The position numbers and the translations under genes are program-made. DNA of 64,000 nt from an uncultured Actinomycetota bacterium (lineage in GTDB: Bacteria; Actinomycetota; Actinomycetes; Mycobacteriales; SCTD01), in NCBI GenBank assembly GCA_963760125.1, contig CAVXBV010000007.1, forward strand, positions 129,613-193,612, in the 5' to 3' direction. Positions within the stretch are counted from its first letter, which is position 1; every line of letters starts with the position of its first letter. The notes beneath the pieces are model-generated. The model did no database searches, was not told the DNA's origin, and saw only the letters and a program-made list of their open reading frames with translations. Of the stretch, positions 19,918-30,313 are shown in pieces.

Positions 19918-20949
19918 ATGGGCAACAACGCCTCGTTCCTGGGCCGCGACATGGCCGTCGACCTCGGCACTGCCAACACCCTCGTGTACGTGCGAGGACG
20001 CGGCGTGGTCCTCAACGAGCCGAGCGTGGTGGCGATCAACACCAACACCTCCGGCATCCTGGCCGTCGGCACCGAGGCCAAGCGGATGATCGGCCGCACG
20101 CCCGGCAACATCGTGGCGATCCGGCCCCTGAAGGACGGCGTCATCGCCGACTTCGACACCACCGAGCGCATGCTGCGCTACTTCATCCAGAAGGTGCACC
20201 GCCGCCGTCACTTCGCCAAGCCGCGCGTCGTCATCTGCGTGCCCAGCGGCATCACCGGTGTCGAGCAGCGGGCCGTCAAGGAGGCCGCGTACAGCGCCGG
20301 CGCCCGCAAGGTCTACATCATCGAGGAGCCGATGGCTGCGGCCATCGGCGCGGGCCTGCCCGTCCACGAGCCCACCGGCAACATGGTCGTCGACATCGGC
20401 GGTGGCACGACCGAGGTCGCCGTGATCTCGCTCGGCGGCATCGTCACCAGCCAGTCGATCCGCACCGGCGGCGACGAGCTCGACAGCGCGATCATCTCCT
20501 ACGTGAAGAAGGAGTACTCCCTCATGCTCGGGGAGCGCACCGCCGAGGAGATCAAGATGGCCATCGGGAGCGCCTTCCCGATGCCCGACGAGCCGCACGC
20601 CGAGATCCGCGGCCGCGACCTCGTCTCCGGTCTCCCGAAGACGATCGTTGTCAGCGCCGAGGAGATCCGCAAGGCCATCGAGGAGCCGGTCAACGCGATC
20701 GTCGATGCGGTGAAGAACACCCTCGACAAGTGCCCGCCGGAGCTCTCCGGCGACGTCATGGACCGCGGCATCGTCCTCACCGGTGGCGGCGCCCTGCTGC
20801 GCGGACTCGACGAGCGGCTCAAGCACGAGACGGGCATGCCGGTGCACATCACCGACAACCCGCTGCACTCCGTCGCCATCGGTTCCGGCAAGTGCGTCGA
20901 GGAGTTCGAGGCCCTCCAGCAGGTCCTCATCTCCGAGCCCCGGCGCTAG
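19918..20949 (+). CDS. mreB: rod shape-determining protein MreB
   Basis: Actin-like ATPase motifs [23 protein letters not shown] and [15 protein letters not shown]. Confidence 0.95.
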   Translation: MGNNASFLGRDMAVDLGTANTLVYVRGRGVVLNEPSVVAINTNTSGILAVGTEAKRMIGRTPGNIVAIRPLKDGVIADFDTTERMLRYFIQKVHRRRHFAKPRVVICVPSGITGVEQRAVKEAAYSAGARKVYIIEEPMAAAIGAGLPVHEPTGNMVVDIGGGTTEVAVISLGGIVTSQSIRTGGDELDSAIISYVKKEYSLMLGERTAEEIKMAIGSAFPMPDEPHAEIRGRDLVSGLPKTIVVSAEEIRKAIEEPVNAIVDAVKNTLDKCPPELSGDVMDRGIVLTGGGALLRGLDERLKHETGMPVHITDNPLHSVAIGSGKCVEEFEALQQVLISEPRR

Positions 20950-20961
20950 CCCCCGCTCCCG

Positions 20962-21942
20962 GTGCGCGACTCGCGCCGGGTGCGGCTCACGCTCGTCCTG
21001 CTGCTGCTGACGGCGTTCACCCTGACCGCGCTCGACTACAACACCGCCCGCACCGGGCCGCTCGCTGCGCTGCGCCGCGGCATCGACACGGTCTTCGGCC
21101 CGGTCACGAGCACCCTGGGCTCGGCGGCGAGCAGCGTCGGCAACGCCCTCGGAGGTCTCCCGCGGCTCGGGTCGTACCAGAGAGACAACCGCAGGCTGCA
21201 GAGCGAGGTCGATGCCCTGCGCGGCGAGCTGTCGGCGCGCGCCGGTGACTCCTGCCGACTGGCGCAGTACGACCGGCTGCTGGACTTCACCGCGTACGGT
21301 GCCTACCGGCCGGTCCCCGCCCGGGTGGTCGCCATGGGCCCGACCGCGGACTTCGAGTGGACGGCGACCATCGATGCGGGCACCCAGGACGGCCTGCAGC
21401 CCGGCATGTCGGTCGTGACCGGCGCAGGGCTGGTGGGTCGCACCACCGAGGTCGGCGTCCGGACCGCTCGCGTGCTGCTGCTCGCTGACCCCAACTTCCA
21501 GGTCGGCGGGACCCTCATCGGCCAGACGTCGCTCGGCATCGCCAGTGGCAACGGCAGCCAGCCCATGACCTACAGCCTGGCCAGCACCCGGTCGGTGGTG
21601 CGCAAGGGCGCGGTCCTGCTCACCACGGGCTCCGACACCTACGCCCCGGGGATCCCGATCGGCACGGTCGAGAGCGTCACGCCGGACACCAACGCCATCA
21701 GCCGGACCGCGATCATCATGCCGTTCGTCGACGTCGCGAGCCTGGACCTGGTCGGGGTCATCAAGGACGCGAACGTCCGTGCACCGCGCGTCCCGCTGCG
21801 GCCGGTCCTCCCGACCGAGACGCCGTGCCCGGCCGCCATCCCGCAGGGCCCGGTGCCGACCGCGACGCCCACGCCGGCCCCTGTCGTCCCTGCACCTGCG
21901 GTCACGGGAACCCCCCTCCCCACCGCCACACCGACCCCGTGA
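20962..21942 (+). CDS. mreC: rod shape-determining protein MreC
   Basis: N-terminal TM anchor, a coiled-coil segment (RRLQSEVDALRGEL), beta-barrel domains and a Pro/Thr-rich tail. It sits between mreB and mreD. Confidence 0.85.
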   Translation: MRDSRRVRLTLVLLLLTAFTLTALDYNTARTGPLAALRRGIDTVFGPVTSTLGSAASSVGNALGGLPRLGSYQRDNRRLQSEVDALRGELSARAGDSCRLAQYDRLLDFTAYGAYRPVPARVVAMGPTADFEWTATIDAGTQDGLQPGMSVVTGAGLVGRTTEVGVRTARVLLLADPNFQVGGTLIGQTSLGIASGNGSQPMTYSLASTRSVVRKGAVLLTTGSDTYAPGIPIGTVESVTPDTNAISRTAIIMPFVDVASLDLVGVIKDANVRAPRVPLRPVLPTETPCPAAIPQGPVPTATPTPAPVVPAPAVTGTPLPTATPTP

Positions 21943-22445
21943 CCGGCCGGCGCCTGCTGCTGGGTGCGGTCACGGTCGTCACGGCACTGCTGCTCCAGCT
22001 CACCGTCGTCTCGCGACTGCCCCTGCCCGGCGCCACCCCCGACCTGCTCCTGGTCCTCGTGCTGGCGTTCGCCCTCGCCGAGGGCTCGATGGCCGGGATG
22101 GTCACCGGCTTCCTCGCGGGCCTGCTCGCGGACGGCCTTGCCGACCACGAGATCGGCCGGCTCGCCCTCGCGTACGCCCTCGCGGGCTACGTCGTGGGCA
22201 CCCTGCAGGACGACGACCGCTCGCCGTATTTGCCCTTCGGGGCGGTCCTGCTGGGCGCGCTGACGGCCCTCGGCGCGTTCACCGCCGAGGGCATCCTGCT
22301 GGGCGACGTGCGCATCTCGCTGTGGTCGGTGACACGCGCCGCGATCAGCGCGGTCCCGTACGATGTGGTCCTGACGCCGTTCGTCGTTCCCCTCGTCGGG
22401 GCCCTCGTGCGCCGCCTCGACGACGACCCCCTGCGCCGTATCTAG
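21939..22445 (+). CDS. mreD: rod shape-determining protein MreD
   Basis: 168-aa polytopic membrane protein. The GTG start overlaps the mreC stop (GTGA), in the canonical mreBCD position. Confidence 0.75.
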   Translation: MTGRRLLLGAVTVVTALLLQLTVVSRLPLPGATPDLLLVLVLAFALAEGSMAGMVTGFLAGLLADGLADHEIGRLALAYALAGYVVGTLQDDDRSPYLPFGAVLLGALTALGAFTAEGILLGDVRISLWSVTRAAISAVPYDVVLTPFVVPLVGALVRRLDDDPLRRI

Positions 22446-22466
22446 GCCGCCCGTGAGGACTCCTTC

Positions 22467-24752
22467 GTGACCGACAGCTCCCGGCTTCGCCTGGTGGTGC
22501 TGCGCGTCGTGGTGGTCTCCATCCTCCTGACCCTGCTCGGTCGCCTGGCCTACCTCCAGCTGGCCGAGGGCGCGACCTACAGCGCAAAGGCCGGCGACAA
22601 CCGGATCCGTCAGGTCATCACCCCGGCGGCGCGCGGGCAGATCCTCGACGACCGAGGCGTGCCCTTGGTGAGCAACCGGACGGCGCTGGTCGTCTCGGTG
22701 ACCCGCTCGATCGTGCGCAGCCAGCCGAAGAAGGGCGCGGCCGTGCTGGAGCGACTCGCAGCCGTGGTCGGCATTCCCGCCCTGCAGATCGCCCGGACCA
22801 TCACCCCGTGCGGGGAGAAGCAGCCGGACGGCACGATCGCCAACAAGGACAGCGGCTGCTGGAACGGCTCGCCACTTCAGGCCGTCCCGATCGTCTCCTA
22901 CCGCGCCGACGACAGCACTCAGGTCCGCAAGGTCCTCGCGATCGAGGAGCACGCCGAAGACTTCCCAGGCATCCAGGCGAAGTACGCCGCCGTTCGCGAG
23001 TACCCGCAGGGCGCCATCGCCGCGCACAGCCTCGGCTACATCGGCTCGCTGACGGGCGACGACCTGTTGAGCGACCCGAGCCTGAAGGCCCTCGCCTCCG
23101 GCTCGCTGATCGGCAAGAGCGGCGTCGAGCAGGTGTACGACGCCCAGCTGCGCGGTGTCGACGGGGTGCAGCGACTGCTGGTCGACAAGGACGCGACGGT
23201 GACGGGCACGCTCGGCACCGTGGAGGCGCAAGCGGGCGACAACCTGGTGCTCAGCCTCGACTCGAGCCTGCAGCGGGTGGCCGAGAAGGCCCTCGCCGAC
23301 GGCGTCGCGGCGGCCCGCGCGCGCTACGACAAGGGGCGCGGCAAGAACTTCACGGCCCCCAACGGCGCGGCGATCGTCGTGGACGTCCGCAACGGTCAGG
23401 TGGTCGCGCTGGCCAACTTCCCGTCGTACGACCCGGCGCTGTTCGTCCCCCGCATCTCCACCGCGGACTACACGGCGCTGCTCAACGCACCGGGCAAGCC
23501 GCTGCTCGCGACCGCGACGCAGGGGCAGTACGCCCCGGGCTCGACCTTCAAGATCTCCTCGACCGCTGCCGCCGTCGCTGCCGGCAACCCGCTCTACGGG
23601 ACCTATCCCTGCACGTCGTCGTTCACCGCCGGACGGACGTTCCGGAACTTCGAGGGGGAGACGTTCGGCAACATCGACCTGCGCAAGACCCTCGTGAAGT
23701 CCTGCGACACGGTCTACTACCGGCTGGCGTTCAACGAGTGGAAGAACGACGGCGGGACGAAGAACACCGGGCGGGCGAGGGAGATCTTCGCCAAGACCGC
23801 GCGCGCCTTCGGCTTCGGTACCGACACCGGGATCGACCTGCCGAGCGAGTCGAACGGGTCGGTCACCGACCGCGCGTCCAAGACCAAGGACTACGAGAGC
23901 CTGAAGAAGGCCAAGTGCGATCGGGCCAAGAACGGCTACCCGGAGGAGCCGGACCCGGGCCGCGCCGCCTACCTGAAGGCCCTCGCCGTGGAGTACTGCG
24001 CGGACGGCTTCACCTACAAGGGTGGTGACGCGATCTTGTTCTCCATCGGACAGGGCGATGTGCTGTCGACCCCGATGCAGCTCACCATGGCGTACGCCGC
24101 GCTCGCCAACGGCGGCACCGTCTTCGAGCCGCGGGTGGCCAAGGGCTTCCTGTCCGCGGACGGGACGACCTTCAGCAAGGTGGCTCCTGCGGTGAAGGGC
24201 ACGTTGGGGGTTCCGGCCGAGGTCCTCGACTACATGCGCTCCTCGCTGGTCGGCGTCCCGCAGCCCGGAGGAACGGCGCAGACGGCCTTCCGCGGGTTCC
24301 CCTTCGGGCAGCTGTCGGTCGCGGGCAAGACCGGGACGGCCGACGTCGACCCGGTCCGCAAGGCCCCGACGTCCTGGTTCGCCTCGTTCGCACCGGCCAG
24401 CGCCCCCAAGTACGCCGTGGTGGTCATGGTCGCCGAGGCCGGCACCGGTGGCACGACGGCAGCGCCGATCACCCGCAAGATCTACGACGCGATGTACGGC
24501 TTCAGCGGCCAGAAGCGCCTGCTCGACGCCAACGGCGACCTGCCCTCGGCGCTGCCCGTCGTCCAGCCGGACGGGACGATCGGCCGCCCCGGCACCCCGA
24601 CCAAGGCCGTCGAGGTCCCCCTCGGAGGCACAGCGTCCGCCGCTCCTGCTCCCACGTCCTCCTCGGGCTCGGCGCTCGGTGGACCTCCGGGGCTCCCGTG
24701 GGGTGAGCCGGTCCGGCCGACCAGCTTCCGTCGTACGGTCGGGGCACCATGA
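22467..24752 (+). CDS. mrdA: penicillin-binding protein 2 (elongation-specific class B transpeptidase)
   Basis: N-terminal TM anchor and the active-site SxxK motif (STFKISS). It lies between mreD and rodA. Confidence 0.9.
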   Translation: MTDSSRLRLVVLRVVVVSILLTLLGRLAYLQLAEGATYSAKAGDNRIRQVITPAARGQILDDRGVPLVSNRTALVVSVTRSIVRSQPKKGAAVLERLAAVVGIPALQIARTITPCGEKQPDGTIANKDSGCWNGSPLQAVPIVSYRADDSTQVRKVLAIEEHAEDFPGIQAKYAAVREYPQGAIAAHSLGYIGSLTGDDLLSDPSLKALASGSLIGKSGVEQVYDAQLRGVDGVQRLLVDKDATVTGTLGTVEAQAGDNLVLSLDSSLQRVAEKALADGVAAARARYDKGRGKNFTAPNGAAIVVDVRNGQVVALANFPSYDPALFVPRISTADYTALLNAPGKPLLATATQGQYAPGSTFKISSTAAAVAAGNPLYGTYPCTSSFTAGRTFRNFEGETFGNIDLRKTLVKSCDTVYYRLAFNEWKNDGGTKNTGRAREIFAKTARAFGFGTDTGIDLPSESNGSVTDRASKTKDYESLKKAKCDRAKNGYPEEPDPGRAAYLKALAVEYCADGFTYKGGDAILFSIGQGDVLSTPMQLTMAYAALANGGTVFEPRVAKGFLSADGTTFSKVAPAVKGTLGVPAEVLDYMRSSLVGVPQPGGTAQTAFRGFPFGQLSVAGKTGTADVDPVRKAPTSWFASFAPASAPKYAVVVMVAEAGTGGTTAAPITRKIYDAMYGFSGQKRLLDANGDLPSALPVVQPDGTIGRPGTPTKAVEVPLGGTASAAPAPTSSSGSALGGPPGLPWGEPVRPTSFRRTVGAP

Positions 24753-25957
24753 GCAGCAACGACATCGACTGGAGCACCCCCCGGGTGTCGCCCGTGCGGC
24801 TGCGACCGCGCGAGGTCTCGATGCGGGAGCGCGCGTTCGACAAGGCCTCACCGCTTCGTCAGCTCGACTGGCTGCTGATGCTCGCCGTCACCGGCCTGGT
24901 GGTCGTTGGCGGTCTGCTGATCTGGTCCGCGACGCGGGAGAAGGAGATCGCGCTCGGCGCGGACCCGCAGACCTTCCTGAAGAAGCACATCCTCAACGCC
25001 GCGATCGGGCTGGTGCTCGGAACGGCCGCAGCGCTGGTGGACTACCGCGCGCTGCGGGCGTACGCCCCTGTGGTGTACGTCGCGTCGTGCTTCGGGCTGA
25101 TCGCTGTCCTGTCCCCGCTGGGCGCGACGATCAACGGCGCCCACTCCTGGATCGTGCTGCCGGCCGGCTTCCAGATCCAGCCGTCAGAGTTCGCCAAGCT
25201 CGCGATCGTCGTCGGCATCGCCATGCTGCTGGGGGAGAAGCGCGACGGCGAGGACCGACCGCGGGACATGGACGTCCTGCAGGTGCTGGCGTTGTGCGCC
25301 ATCCCGATGGGGCTGATCATGCTGCAGCCCGACTTCGGGACGACGATGGTGTTCATCTTCGTCATCCTCGGCACCCTGGCCGTCGCCGGAGCACCGGCCC
25401 GGTGGGTCGGGGGCCTGCTTCTGGCAGGCGTGCTGGTCGGGACGTTCGTGGCACCGCTGGTGCTCAAGGACTACCAGCTCAACCGCTTCAAGGTCGTGGC
25501 CGACATCGGGGCCGACCCGCGCGGCGTCGGCTTCAACGTGAACCAGGCGCTCATCGCCAACGGCTCGGGCGGGCTGTTCGGCAAGGGGCTGTTCCACGGG
25601 TCGCAGACCCAGGGCCGCTTCATCCCGGAGCAGCAGACCGACTTCGTGTTCACCGTCGCGGGGGAGGAGCTCGGCCTGGTCGGCGCCGGCGGGATCATCC
25701 TGGCGCTCGGACTGGTGCTCTGGCGGGGGCTGCGGATCGCGTCCCGGGCGACCGACCCGTTCGGGCGGCTGGTGGCCGCGGGGGTCGTGTCGTGGTTCGC
25801 CTTCCAGAGCTTCGTCAACATCGGGATGACGCTGGGGATCATGCCGGTGACCGGGCTGCCGCTGCCGTTCGTGTCGTACGGCGGGTCGTCGATGTTCGCC
25901 AACCTCATGGCCATCGGCCTGCTCCAGAACGTCCACATGACCTCCAACGAGACCTGA
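24749..25957 (+). CDS. rodA: SEDS-family peptidoglycan polymerase RodA
   Basis: FtsW/RodA/SpoVE-type polytopic membrane protein (GSGGLFGKGL, PLPFVSYGGSSM). There is an ATGA overlap with pbp2. Confidence 0.9.
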   Translation: MSSNDIDWSTPRVSPVRLRPREVSMRERAFDKASPLRQLDWLLMLAVTGLVVVGGLLIWSATREKEIALGADPQTFLKKHILNAAIGLVLGTAAALVDYRALRAYAPVVYVASCFGLIAVLSPLGATINGAHSWIVLPAGFQIQPSEFAKLAIVVGIAMLLGEKRDGEDRPRDMDVLQVLALCAIPMGLIMLQPDFGTTMVFIFVILGTLAVAGAPARWVGGLLLAGVLVGTFVAPLVLKDYQLNRFKVVADIGADPRGVGFNVNQALIANGSGGLFGKGLFHGSQTQGRFIPEQQTDFVFTVAGEELGLVGAGGIILALGLVLWRGLRIASRATDPFGRLVAAGVVSWFAFQSFVNIGMTLGIMPVTGLPLPFVSYGGSSMFANLMAIGLLQNVHMTSNET

Positions 25958-25988
25958 CCCCGCCGTACCCAGCCCGCCGCCCGCCGTC

Positions 25989-26084
25989 GGTCGCCCGCGC
26001 GCCGCCGTACCCCGCCCGGCGATCGCCCGCGCGCCGCCGTACCCCGCCCGGCGATCGCCCGCGCACCCCGCCGTACCCAGCCTC
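25989..26084. repeat. 32-bp tandem repeat, about 3 copies (plus a degenerate lead-in from 25958)
   Basis: Units at 25989-26020 and 26021-26052 are 31/32 identical (GATCGCCCGCGCGCCGCCGTACCCCGCCCGGC). A third, degenerate unit spans 26053-26084. The 10-bp palindrome GGCGATCGCC recurs at 26018 and 26050. Confidence 0.8.
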
Positions 26085-26133
26085 GCTCCCGCCGCACCCC
26101 TTGCCCGCTCCTCCGCCCCCGCCTCGCCGCGAG

Positions 26134-26184
26134 TGGCCAGTTGGTGTCGTGACACGCGCGTGTCCGTGACACCAGGCCGCCACC
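26134..26184. repeat. 51-bp dispersed repeat, copy A (nested palindromes)
   Basis: TGGCCAGTTGGTGTCGTGACACGCGCGTGTCCGTGACACCAGGCCGCCACC is 48/51 identical to 27306-27356. It contains the perfect 14-bp palindrome GACACGCGCGTGTC within GGTGTC/GACACC arms. Confidence 0.85.
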
Positions 26185-26243
26185 GGCAGCGCCACCGCCC
26201 CGCCCCGCCCCCCGCCACCGCCCCCGCCACCGCCGGGCCCCGA

Positions 26244-27149
26244 TCAGGCCGCCTGTCGGGACCAGGCGGCATGGCGGGCGCTGACCCGCGCGACGAACTC
26301 GGTCTGTCGGCGACGGACGTCGTACCAAGTGCCCCGCTCGACCCACCACCGCTGCGTGCCCGACACCCAGTCGCGTCGCTGGTCCCGCGCGAGCATGAGG
26401 TCGCCGCTGTGCCCCGCCTTCCCGTCCATCTCCACGGCGAAGCGCACCGGGCCGTCACCGAGGTCGTGGCGGGCCGTGACGCGCCCGAGGTGGTCTCGCA
26501 CCTCGACCTGCGGGACCAGGGACGGCAGCACGGGCAGGAGCAGCAGCCGGGCCAGGGTCTCGTTGGCGGACTCGGCTCTTCCGTCGGTGCGCACGAGCGC
26601 CTGCGCCAGTCTCCTGCTCCGGCGCGTCGCGGCGAGCTCGGTCAGCTCGGCGACGGTGAACAGCCGTTCGCGCACGCCTGCGTCGAGCAGGCAGACGAGC
26701 GCGTCGGCGGACAGCAGTCGCGCGCAGTCGTACGCCGTGCGTGCTGCCGACGTCGCCCAGATCCCGCTCTCGAACCGCCCGACCTCGCCGTCCGCCAGCG
26801 TGAGGCGACGACGGCGGACCAGGTGCTCGGTGCCGCGCAGCGGCCCGTGACCGTGCGGGGTGTGGATGTCGTGCTCGTACCGCTGACGAGCACCTGTCGC
26901 CGGGTCCTCGTCATCGATCAGCGGGAGGTTCCAGAGCCTGGCGGCGGACCGGCCGACCGCCACCGCATCGGTCGGCCGGGTCGAGCCACCCGCTGCCAGC
27001 GCAGCGGCGAACGTCAGCTGGCGCGGGGTCAGGACCTGACCGGCATCGGCGTACACCCCGGGAAAGGGCGCCTGCCACGCCCCGGTGCGCAGCTCCTGCC
27101 GGAGGACGGCGCGACTGCACACGGCCAGCGCTGCCCTGCGGGTCCACAC
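26244..27149 (-). CDS. DUF559/Vsr-like endonuclease-fold protein with an N-terminal AbiEi-like wHTH region (function unknown)
   Basis: 301-aa ORF with high GC3. The N-terminal pattern RAVLRQELRTGAWQAPFPGVYA is typical of this actinobacterial family. The C-terminal PQVEV..RHDLGDGPVRFAVEMDGKAGH resembles the D..(E)xDG..H core of DUF559/Vsr-like nucleases. Confidence 0.65.
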   Translation of the reverse strand: MWTRRAALAVCSRAVLRQELRTGAWQAPFPGVYADAGQVLTPRQLTFAAALAAGGSTRPTDAVAVGRSAARLWNLPLIDDEDPATGARQRYEHDIHTPHGHGPLRGTEHLVRRRRLTLADGEVGRFESGIWATSAARTAYDCARLLSADALVCLLDAGVRERLFTVAELTELAATRRSRRLAQALVRTDGRAESANETLARLLLLPVLPSLVPQVEVRDHLGRVTARHDLGDGPVRFAVEMDGKAGHSGDLMLARDQRRDWVSGTQRWWVERGTWYDVRRRQTEFVARVSARHAAWSRQAA

Positions 27150-27305
27150 GCCGTCCGTGCCCTGGCCGAGGGCGCTGAGGCCAGGTCGGGTCTCTCACCG
27201 GTGCAGGGTGACCGATCCACGGCCTTCGCGGGCCGGTCGCTGTGGACATCCGGGCGTCGCGCACCTGCCAGCCGGTCCGCGCCCGCGTCTCAGGCCCGTG
27301 CCCGT

Positions 27306-27356
27306 TGGCCGGTTGGTGTCGTAACACGCGCGTGTCCGTGACACCAAGCCGCCACC
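27306..27356. repeat. 51-bp dispersed repeat, copy B
   Basis: TGGCCGGTTGGTGTCGTAACACGCGCGTGTCCGTGACACCAAGCCGCCACC is in the same orientation as copy A, 1172 bp away. The three substitutions fall at repeat positions 6, 18 and 42. Confidence 0.85.
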
Positions 27357-27462
27357 CGACCGGACCACCAGACCTACGGCCAGACCGCCAGACCAGCCCG
27401 GGCCCGGACGGGGCGCCACGCGCAGCACGGTGGACAAGGCTGGGCGCCCGTACCCTGGAGTC

Positions 27463-29366
<1,904 letters not shown>

Positions 29367-29367
<1 letters not shown>

Positions 29368-30158
29368 TGGCCAAGCAGCCCCCCGGTGCGCCCCCGCCGC
29401 CGCCGGTGCAGCGGATCCGGCTGCGCTACACCAAGCGCGGCCGCCTGCGCTTCACCAGCCACCGCGACATCGCGCGCGTGTTCGAGCGCGCACTGCGCCG
29501 CGCCGAGGTCCCCATGGCGTACAGCGCCGGCTTCAGCCCCCACCCCAAGGTCAGCTGGGTCGGCGCGGCTGCGACCGGCGTCGCGAGCGAGGCGGAGTAC
29601 GTCGAGATCGCGCTCGCCGTGGTGAGCGACGTCGAGGCCATCCGGGCCGCACTGGACGCCTCGCTGCCGGACGGGATCGACCTGGTCGACGCCGTCGAGG
29701 CCGCGCCAGGCAGCAGCCTGCCCGAGCAGGTCCAGGCCAGCCGCTGGGAGATCGCCCTGCCCGGCGTGGCGACCCCGGACCTCGAGCGGGCCGTGAGCCT
29801 GTTCCTCGCGCAGGAGGCGGTCGAGGTCGAGCGGATGACCAAGAACGGCAAGCGCGTGTTCGACGCGCGCGCGGCCGTGGTGAGCATGAGCGGAGGGCCG
29901 CCGCCGACACCCCGCGGGTCCGGCAGCGCAACAGATGGTGACGACTGTGCGATACTCAGCATGGTCGTGCAGCACGTGACGCCTGCCGTACGCCCCGACG
30001 ACGTCCTCACCGGACTCCGTCTGGTGAGTGACCTCGCGCCACCGGTGCCGCCCTCGGCGACCCGGCTCGCGCAGGGCCCGCTCACCGCGGAAGGTGAGGT
30101 CGCCGACCCGCTCGCACCCGACCGCGTCGCCGCCGGAACCCTCCGCGCGTCGACCTGA
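29367..30158 (+). CDS. TIGR03936-type radical SAM-associated protein (DUF2344)
   Basis: IRLRYTKRGRLRFTSHRDIARVFERALRRA..PMAYSAGFSPHPK is the hallmark N-terminus of DUF2344. The start overlaps the upstream stop (TGATG). Confidence 0.8.
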
Positions 30159-30313
30159 CGGGGCAACGCGACAGGTCAGCGAAGCCGCCGGCTCTCGGTC
30201 CGCCGGGAGCACCCCACGACTTTCCTCACCCCGCGTCGGCCGACCCGGCCGGCACGGGACAGCGACCACTGGTCGCCGCGGCAGCGTCACGCGAGCGGCC
30301 GGACCGGAGCACC

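Noticed and set aside
21639-24851. 1070-aa minus-strand ORF antisense to mreD/pbp2
   Set aside because: Same reasoning: an Arg/Gly/Asp-rich low-complexity product with no motifs. The plus strand encodes intact MreD and PBP2 with the active-site STFK.
25989-26084. Possible CRISPR array suggested by regularly spaced 32-bp repeats
   Set aside because: The repeats are directly tandem with no unique spacers, there are only about 3 copies, and no cas genes are nearby.
26133-27341. 402-aa plus-strand ORF overlapping the nuclease-like gene and ending in WPVGVVTRACP, the same peptide that ends ORF 24448..26169
   Set aside because: The shared peptide is simply the translation of the 51-bp DNA repeat. 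The minus-strand ORF has the recognisable domain pattern and better third-position GC.
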